A stretch of 64,000 bases of DNA, from assembly GCA_042691655.1 (NCBI GenBank), contig CP170506.1:2217298-2281297 (forward strand), written 5' to 3'. Under the pieces are notes generated by a model that was not told the origin of the DNA, searched no databases, and was given only the letters and a program-made list of their open reading frames with translations. Positions 57,969 to 64,000 of this stretch are shown one piece after another. Each line of letters begins with the position of its first letter. Positions within the stretch are counted from its first letter, which is position 1. A program made the position numbers and the translations under genes. This stretch comes from Chthoniobacteraceae bacterium. GTDB lineage: Bacteria; Verrucomicrobiota; Verrucomicrobiia; Chthoniobacterales; Chthoniobacteraceae.

Positions 57969-59626
57969 GGTTGGTTTATGGGTTGGCTAAAGGGTTGAGT
58001 TTGGGGGGCGCACTCGGCGTTGAAGGTGATGAGCACCCGCGCGCCGCCCTCGGGGCGGTTGCCGATCTCGATGGAGCCGCCGTGGAGGTCGATGATGGTC
58101 TTGGTGACGGTGAGGCCCAGGCCGGTCCCCTGCCCTGTCGGCTTGGTGGTAAAGAAGGGCTCGAAGACTTTGCCGAGCATTTCCTCGGGGATGCCGCTGC
58201 CGGTGTCGAGGACTTCGATGGTCACCAGGTGCGAGCCGGGCAGGAAGCGGTCGGAGTCGCGCACGTTGGTGCCGATGCCGGTGACGACCCGGGAGGCTGT
58301 GCGAATGGTGAGCCGGCCCCCCTCGGACATAGCCTGGGCGGCGTTGCTGAAGATATTGACGAGCACTTGCTCGATTTTCATGGCATCGAGCCGGACCATT
58401 GGAAGGTCGAAGGTCAGCTCCTCCACGACGTTGATTTTGCGGGAGCCGAGCTCGCCCCGCACGAGGGTCAGCGCGCCCCGGATGATGGAGTTCACGTTGG
58501 CGGGGGCGCGGTCCATTTTCTTCGGCGCAGAGAAATCCAGAAGGCCCTTGATGACGGAATCCGCGCGCTCCACGGATTTGCCGATTTCCTCCAGGATGAC
58601 GGGGACATTCGGGTCGTCGGTCTGCTGGCTGGTGAGGTATTCCAGGCCGATGCGGATGATGGCGAGCGGGTTTTTGACCTCGTGCGCGACGCCCGCGGCC
58701 AGGCGGCCGACGAGTTTCATTTTCTCGGCCTCGACGAGCTGTAGCTGCACGGAGCGGAGTTCCTCGACGACTTTGAGCAGCTTTTCGCGGTTGCGGCGAA
58801 GGTCTTCGTTGGCCTCTTCGAGCTGCTCGCGGGCGAGCTTGGCCTCGGTGATGTCCCGGGAGATGGCTACCAGGCCGCAAACTTGGTTTCCGCCGTCCAC
58901 GATGGGGATTTTGCTGGTGGCCAGCCAGCGGCCCGGCGAGGGCTCCTCCACTTTGTCGAGGATCGGGCGGCCCCGTTCCATGACGGCCCGGTCATCGTCA
59001 TGCACTTGGCGGGCCACCTCCGGAGCAAACAAATCGTGCGGCGTCTTGAGGTAGACTTCCTCGGGGGAGGCTTTGCCCAGGAAGCGGGCGTGGGCGGCGT
59101 TGTTGAGGATGTAGCGGCCCTGGCGGTCTTTGGCGAAAATGAAGTCCGGCACGTGGTCGATGACGCTGCGCAGAAGGGTCCGCTCCTGCGTGAGCGTGTC
59201 CTCCATCCGCTTGATCTCTGTGACGTCGCGGGAGAGGCCGAAGGTGCCGATGATGCGCCCGGCTTCGTCGCGCAGCGGGGATTTGGAGGTGAGGACCCAC
59301 TGGGGGTGGCCCCGGTGCTCCTGAAGCTCGATTTTGTCGATGATCGGGACGCCGGTTTCCATGATCCGCCGCTCGTCCTCGAAGCGGATCTGGGCTTTTT
59401 CGGCGGAGTGGAAATCGAAATCCGTTTTGCCGACAGCTTCGGAGGGGGCCTGGAGGCCGAAGTCGAGCGCCAGGGTGCGGTTGACGCGTAAAAACCGGCT
59501 CTGGGCGTCCTTGAAGTAGAGATGATCCGGGCTGGTTTCGAGGAGGGCTCGCAAGCAGAGGCGTTCGATCTCTTGCGCGCTTCCGGGAAGCGCCTCATGG
59601 ACGCCGTCGGGGGGGATGGAAGCCAT
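57965..59626 (-). CDS. PAS-domain sensor histidine kinase
   Basis: Multiple PAS domains, HisKA H-box (AHEVKNPL), HATPase_c (GTGLGLTV). Start ATG 59626 proposed. The ORF ATG at 59761 would leave only 20 bp before the divergent aroC. Confidence 0.85.
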   Translation of the reverse strand: MASIPPDGVHEALPGSAQEIERLCLRALLETSPDHLYFKDAQSRFLRVNRTLALDFGLQAPSEAVGKTDFDFHSAEKAQIRFEDERRIMETGVPIIDKIELQEHRGHPQWVLTSKSPLRDEAGRIIGTFGLSRDVTEIKRMEDTLTQERTLLRSVIDHVPDFIFAKDRQGRYILNNAAHARFLGKASPEEVYLKTPHDLFAPEVARQVHDDDRAVMERGRPILDKVEEPSPGRWLATSKIPIVDGGNQVCGLVAISRDITEAKLAREQLEEANEDLRRNREKLLKVVEELRSVQLQLVEAEKMKLVGRLAAGVAHEVKNPLAIIRIGLEYLTSQQTDDPNVPVILEEIGKSVERADSVIKGLLDFSAPKKMDRAPANVNSIIRGALTLVRGELGSRKINVVEELTFDLPMVRLDAMKIEQVLVNIFSNAAQAMSEGGRLTIRTASRVVTGIGTNVRDSDRFLPGSHLVTIEVLDTGSGIPEEMLGKVFEPFFTTKPTGQGTGLGLTVTKTIIDLHGGSIEIGNRPEGGARVLITFNAECAPQTQPFSQPINQP

Positions 59627-59781
59627 GGCTTTTATATACTCCCGCGGGCCGCCGGACGAAAGGACGAAGTGGCTTAAAAGGCGGATTTCAGCGCCCGAGA
59701 GCGTCGCTTTTCTTCCCGCTCCGGGGCGGGAGCTTTTTTTAGGGTGGCAGAAACGGCCCACGGCTGCTTTGATACGCGTCT

Positions 59782-60873
59782 ATGTCCAGCCAGTTGGGCC
59801 AAATTTTCCGCATTTCGACCTGGGGTGAATCGCACGGTGGGGGCGTCGGTGTTGTCATCGACGGGTGCCCGCCGTTGATCGAGCTTTCCGAAGCCGATAT
59901 CCAGCGCGATCTCGACCGCCGCCGTCCTGGCCAGAGCGAGATCACCACCCCGCGCCATGAAGCCGACACGTGCCGGATTCTCTCGGGCGTTTTCCGAGGC
60001 AAGACGCTCGGCTCGCCCATTTCCGTGGCGGTGATGAACCAGGATGCGCGCCCCGAGGCTTACCGGGAAATGGAGAGCGCCTACCGCCCCTCGCACGCGG
60101 ATTACACGACGCAGGCCAAGTACGGCATCCGCAACTGGGAGGGCGGCGGCCGCGCCTCGGCCCGCGAAACCATCGGCCGCGTGGCGGCGGGAACGGTGGC
60201 CAAAAAGGTGCTGGCCAAGCTGGCCCCCGGCCTGGAGATCGTGGCCTACGTGAAGGCGATCCACTCGATCGAGGCTTCGGTGGATCCCTCGACGGTGAAG
60301 GCGGCTGACGTGGAAAACAACATCGTCCGGTGCCCTGATCCCGAGGTGGTACCGAGGATGATCGAACACATTAAGGAGCTGCGCGCGAACGGTGACTCTG
60401 CTGGCGGCATTGTGGAATGTGTGGTGCGCGGCGTGCCCCCGGGGTTGGGCGAACCGGTGTTCGACAAGCTTGAGGCGGAGCTGGCCCGCGCGATGCTGAG
60501 CATCCCGGCGACGAAAGGTTTCGAGATCGGCTCGGGCTTCGCGGGAACGAAGCTCACGGGCTCCCAGCACAACGATCCTTTTGTGATGCGCGAGGGGAAG
60601 GTCCACACGACGACGAACCATTCCGGCGGCATCCAGGGCGGCATTTCCAACGGCGAGGACCTATTCTTCCGCATCGCTTTCAAGCCAACGCCGACAATCA
60701 CCCGCGCCCAAGCGACGGTGACGGTCTCGGGCGAGGAAACGGAGCTCTCGGCGCGCGGCCGCCATGACCCGTGCGTGCTGCCCCGGGCCATCCCGGTGGT
60801 GGAGGCGATGACGGCTCTCATTTTGTGCGACCACGCCCTGCGCCAGCGCGGCCAATGCGGGACGACTTTTTAA
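59782..60873 (+). CDS. aroC: chorismate synthase
   Basis: 363 aa with the three chorismate synthase signatures (GESHG; RPGHAD-like; RHDPCV). Confidence 0.95.
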   Translation: MSSQLGQIFRISTWGESHGGGVGVVIDGCPPLIELSEADIQRDLDRRRPGQSEITTPRHEADTCRILSGVFRGKTLGSPISVAVMNQDARPEAYREMESAYRPSHADYTTQAKYGIRNWEGGGRASARETIGRVAAGTVAKKVLAKLAPGLEIVAYVKAIHSIEASVDPSTVKAADVENNIVRCPDPEVVPRMIEHIKELRANGDSAGGIVECVVRGVPPGLGEPVFDKLEAELARAMLSIPATKGFEIGSGFAGTKLTGSQHNDPFVMREGKVHTTTNHSGGIQGGISNGEDLFFRIAFKPTPTITRAQATVTVSGEETELSARGRHDPCVLPRAIPVVEAMTALILCDHALRQRGQCGTTF

Positions 60874-60917
60874 CCGCGAAAATGCGCTGGTTATTTATGG
60901 ATAAGCTCTAAGTTCCC

Positions 60918-61730
60918 ATGAATCACGGTCAGATCATTTTCCTCAGCTTCGCGGGCCTGATCCTGCTGTGGCAGGTCATTAAGGGCTGGCGCCTGGGGCT
61001 CGTGCGGCAGATTGTGCGGTTCGCGGCCATCGGCGCGGCTTATGCCGCCGCGTACATGGGCGCGGCCTCCGTGGTGCCATTTCTAAAGCCGCTGGGGTAC
61101 CCTAATTTTGTCCTGCTGTGCATTGCCGGGGCGGTTATCTGGCTGGCGGTCTACCTGTTTCTCGCGAGCCTGGGGGCGATTCTCTTTAAGCGCACGGCCA
61201 ACCAGGATCTGGGCATCGTCTGGTTCTTTTACGGCATATCGGGCGCGCTGCTCGGGGCCGCTTTTGGGCTGGTGCTGGTGATGGTTGTGGCCGATATGGT
61301 GCGGTTCTGCGGCTCGTTCGCCGAGGGGGTAGCCTCCAATACCAAAAAGACGACCTTTTTCGCCTCCGAGATGATCGAGGTAAAGCAGGGCATCGAAAAG
61401 AGCCCGGCGGGGGATATTCTCAAGACGATCGACCCGCTGCCGAAGCGGACCTATGCGATGGCGGAGAAGTTCGGCCGCGTGCTCTCGAACGTGGAAAGCC
61501 TGGAGCGTTTCCTTAACTTCCCGGGCTCGCAGGAACTCGGCGAGCGCCCCGACATCCAGGCGCTCCACACCGATCCCGATGTGCTGGCCGCGCTGCGCGA
61601 CGGGCGCTACCGGGATCTGGCGAAGAACCCAAAGATCGTCCGGGCCATTGACGACCCGAGGACGGCAGAACTCTTCCGCCGCTTCGAATGGGAAAAGGCG
61701 CTTGATTACGCGCTGGAGAAGAAGAAATAG
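60918..61730 (+). CDS. cvpA: CvpA-family membrane protein
   Basis: 270 aa. 4 N-terminal TM helices in CvpA arrangement plus soluble C-terminal domain. aroC-adjacent. Confidence 0.6.
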   Translation: MNHGQIIFLSFAGLILLWQVIKGWRLGLVRQIVRFAAIGAAYAAAYMGAASVVPFLKPLGYPNFVLLCIAGAVIWLAVYLFLASLGAILFKRTANQDLGIVWFFYGISGALLGAAFGLVLVMVVADMVRFCGSFAEGVASNTKKTTFFASEMIEVKQGIEKSPAGDILKTIDPLPKRTYAMAEKFGRVLSNVESLERFLNFPGSQELGERPDIQALHTDPDVLAALRDGRYRDLAKNPKIVRAIDDPRTAELFRRFEWEKALDYALEKKK

Positions 61731-61798
61731 GGGGCTGCCTCGCTTATCTGTCTCGAAAATATTTGGGTTTATGCGAAAAGATGCGCATACGGAGGCCG

Positions 61799-61940
61799 AA
61801 AAAAGGCAGAGGGCTCACGCAAAGCCGCAAAGCCGCAAAAAAGACAAAGGCAAGAGTTTCCCCTCTTTGCGCCTTTGCGGCTTTGCGTGAGAATATAATC
61901 TCCCCATTTTCGCGCCGCTCGGAGCCCTGTGCTAGCGGGG
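61799..61940. repeat. CGCAAAG-heptad hairpin repeat, copy C (full-length)
   Basis: Arms 61814-61840 / 61864-61891 (~25/27 bp). Same 5' flank AAAAAAGGCAGAGGG and 3' flank GAGAATA.AAT..CCCC.TTTTC..GCCGC..GGAGCCC as copy A. Confidence 0.6.
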
Positions 61941-61966
61941 CGTTGGTATCTGCCAAGAATTGACGT

Positions 61967-62278
61967 TTGCCCATTCCTCCACTTCCCAATATGTCAGAAC
62001 TGACCCACAAGCTGGAATCACTTCTTGAACCTCGCGCATCTCACTGTCTACGTATAAAGATACACACTAGCGATGTGTTTGTTATCAGGGATATTTACGC
62101 TCTCGATAAATCTATTTATGGTCTGGATGGGGGGTGGTCGGGGACTATTGTATCCACATCAGGGTTGTCTTTTTGCAAGAAAAATCTCTTTAAGGATGGT
62201 TCAGGGGTCGATTTTTACGAAAGCGATGTTTCCGAAATTTTTGACGAAACTACAGATGAGTTAATTTACCGTCGGTGA
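61967..62278 (+). CDS. hypothetical protein (low-GC orphan ORF)
   Basis: 103 aa, GC ~42%. No recognisable family. Immediately downstream of repeat copy C. Confidence 0.35.
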   Translation: MPIPPLPNMSELTHKLESLLEPRASHCLRIKIHTSDVFVIRDIYALDKSIYGLDGGWSGTIVSTSGLSFCKKNLFKDGSGVDFYESDVSEIFDETTDELIYRR

Positions 62279-62379
62279 GGGCGTCATTTTGATTGGTCCC
62301 CTATCCCGATTACGCACTAAAGAAAAAGGGCCTGCCTTTTTCAAAGCAGGCCCCATCTTAAAAACAACCGACGCGAGTT

Positions 62380-63450
62380 CTACAACCGGATCGCCTTGGC
62401 TTGCGCCAGGAGGCAAAGTTCCGCCGCCTTGAAGGCGTGCGCCTGGGTCATCGCGTTTTCGGTGCGGTTGAGGCAGTCGAGGATCAGTTCCCCAAAGAAC
62501 GGGAAGCCGACTTTGCCCTGCAAACTGTGGTGTTCCTCGACCTTGTTGTTGACGAGGTAAAGCTGGTTGCCCCCCTCACCCCGGCCGACTTCCACGTATT
62601 TGCGGAGTTCGATGTACCCCTCGGTGCCGAGAATGAAGGTCCGGCCGTCGCCCCAGGTCCGCGAGGCGTCCGGCGTAAACCAGTCGATGCGGATGAAGTT
62701 GGTGGCGCCGTTGTTGCCCAGTAAGTGGGCGTCGCCGAAGTCCTCAAGCTCGGGGTATTCCGGATGCGCTTTGTTCCCCACGGTAGCGGATAGCACCGAG
62801 GCGTCGGTCGCTCCTGAGTAGTACAGGAACTGCTCGAACTGATGGCTGCCGATATCGCAGAGGATGCCTCCGTATTTAGCGCGCTCGAAGAACCACGCTG
62901 GACGGGACGCGGCATTCAGCTGATGAGGGCCGAAGCCGGTGACTTGGATCACTTTGCCGATGGCGCCTTCCTTTACCAGTTGCCCGGCGAATACGGCCGA
63001 CTCCACATGGAGTCGCTCGCTGAAATAGACCATGTATTTGCGGCCCGTTTCCTCGACGGCCTTGCGGGCGTCGGCGAGCTGCTGGAGGGTCGTAAAGGGG
63101 CTCTTATCGGTGAAGTAATCCTTGCCCGCGCGCAGCACCCGGCAGCCGATGGGGCCGCGCTCGCACGGCACGGCGGCCGCTGCGATGAGCTTCAATTCCG
63201 GGTCCTCCAACAAGCGTTCGAAGGAGTCCACCGGCTTCACGCCGGGGTAGGTTTTGCAAAAGTGTGCCACCTTGGCCGGGTCCGGATCGTATACGTAGCG
63301 GAGCTCGGCCCCCGCTTCGACGAGGCCGTTGCATTGCCCGAAGATGTGACCGTGGTCTAGAAACGCCGCGGCGAATGGGAATTCCCCGGGTTTCACCACC
63401 GCAGCCGGTTTGCCCTTCGGGGCGTAGTTCATTCCGTCGTTGCTACTCAT
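62380..63450 (-). CDS. Gfo/Idh/MocA-family oxidoreductase
   Basis: 356 aa. N-terminal NAD(P)-binding Rossmann fold and C-terminal alpha/beta domain. Confidence 0.9.
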   Translation of the reverse strand: MSSNDGMNYAPKGKPAAVVKPGEFPFAAAFLDHGHIFGQCNGLVEAGAELRYVYDPDPAKVAHFCKTYPGVKPVDSFERLLEDPELKLIAAAAVPCERGPIGCRVLRAGKDYFTDKSPFTTLQQLADARKAVEETGRKYMVYFSERLHVESAVFAGQLVKEGAIGKVIQVTGFGPHQLNAASRPAWFFERAKYGGILCDIGSHQFEQFLYYSGATDASVLSATVGNKAHPEYPELEDFGDAHLLGNNGATNFIRIDWFTPDASRTWGDGRTFILGTEGYIELRKYVEVGRGEGGNQLYLVNNKVEEHHSLQGKVGFPFFGELILDCLNRTENAMTQAHAFKAAELCLLAQAKAIRL

Positions 63451-63462
63451 GAAAATAAAAAA

Positions 63463-64000
63463 TTACACCTTGTTAAACGATGAGCCAAAGTCGCTCTTCT
63501 TCGTTTTAACCGTGGCAGCTTTGTCTTTAAACTTTGAGGTGGCAATCTTTTCCTTCAGCAATTGCTCGTAGTGCGCGGCGTCCAGAGGCAGCTCGATCTC
63601 CTGGTCCAGGAAGGCCGACATCAGCATGGCGTTGCCGAGTTCCACGGAGCGGATCCCCTCCTCTGCCGGAGCGATGAGAGGGGTCCCGTCCAGGACGGCC
63701 GCTGCGAAATTTTTGAGGATGCCGTTGTGCTGCTCGCCGCTGTTGGCGACGGGGATTTCGACGTTCCAGATCTCCGGCCGACCGAAAGATTCCTCGGTAA
63801 TACGCGAAAATTCGCCCGTCGGGATTTCGTTGCGGATCCACTTTACCGAGCCGTCTTCGATAACGATGCGTCCCCGCTCGGCGGTGATTTCCAGGCGGTT
63901 GGTGCCCGGAGTTTCGCCGGTGGAGGTGATGAATACCGCCGTCTTGCCGTCTTTGTAATGCATGACGGCCGTAACGTCGTCTTCGACCTCGATGTCATGG
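63463..64000 (-). CDS. Gfo/Idh/MocA-family oxidoreductase (partial; N-terminus beyond window edge)
   Basis: C-terminal domain motifs (NGILKNFAAAVLDGTPLIAPAEEG). The reading frame stays open to the window end. Confidence 0.6.
   Translation of the reverse strand, partial: HDIEVEDDVTAVMHYKDGKTAVFITSTGETPGTNRLEITAERGRIVIEDGSVKWIRNEIPTGEFSRITEESFGRPEIWNVEIPVANSGEQHNGILKNFAAAVLDGTPLIAPAEEGIRSVELGNAMLMSAFLDQEIELPLDAAHYEQLLKEKIATSKFKDKAATVKTKKSDFGSSFNKV

Noticed and set aside
53215-61940. CRISPR array interpretation of the repeated CGCAAAG-containing elements
   Set aside because: Copies are 4-8 kb apart, not regularly spaced with short spacers. Each copy is itself an inverted, hairpin-forming structure rather than a direct repeat. 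No cas genes in the window.

Overview
High-GC (~65%) bacterial chromosomal segment with dense, mostly syntenic housekeeping content. Gene content and style suggest a Verrucomicrobia/Opitutae-like Gram-negative, but the phylum cannot be proven from the sequence alone. No rRNA genes, bona fide tRNA genes or CRISPR arrays were seen.

Main blocks, in order along the window:
- tig-clpP-clpX cluster (minus strand).
- Sodium:solute symporter.
- An SOS mutagenesis cassette, lexA-imuA-imuB-dnaE2, with overlapping reading frames.
- galT, an isochorismatase, hisS and aspS.
- A pur cluster, purS-purQ-purL-purF-purM.
- A ~20-kb uninterrupted minus-strand block: an 11-gene glycosyltransferase-rich polysaccharide operon (GT4/GT2, a CapK/PaaK-like ligase, a Wzy-like membrane protein), a TPR protein, a MidA methyltransferase, a lactonase, an orphan phage-type terminase large subunit, and an NfeD-flotillin pair.
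- sufE, tatD, uvrD, a PAS histidine kinase with a single-domain response regulator, aroC, cvpA and Gfo/Idh/MocA oxidoreductases.

Features not explained by ordinary genes:
1. A family of three intergenic repeats built on a near-perfect 27-28-bp hairpin of CGCAAAG heptads. One copy abuts a truncated IS1-family transposase.
2. A ~190-bp MITE-like imperfect palindrome with 13-bp perfect terminal inverted repeats, next to repeat copy A.
3. A low-GC ~1.7-kb island after uvrD. It carries a MobC-family RHH gene, a 13-bp perfect inverted repeat plus direct repeats (oriT-like), a degenerate tRNA-like element with a G3:U70 acceptor stem, and the IS1 fragment.
4. An AT-rich 19-mer, CTTTTTAACCGCGAAAATG, present exactly twice immediately after stop codons.
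5. An orphan, apparently intact terminase large subunit sitting directly upstream of the NfeD/flotillin pair.
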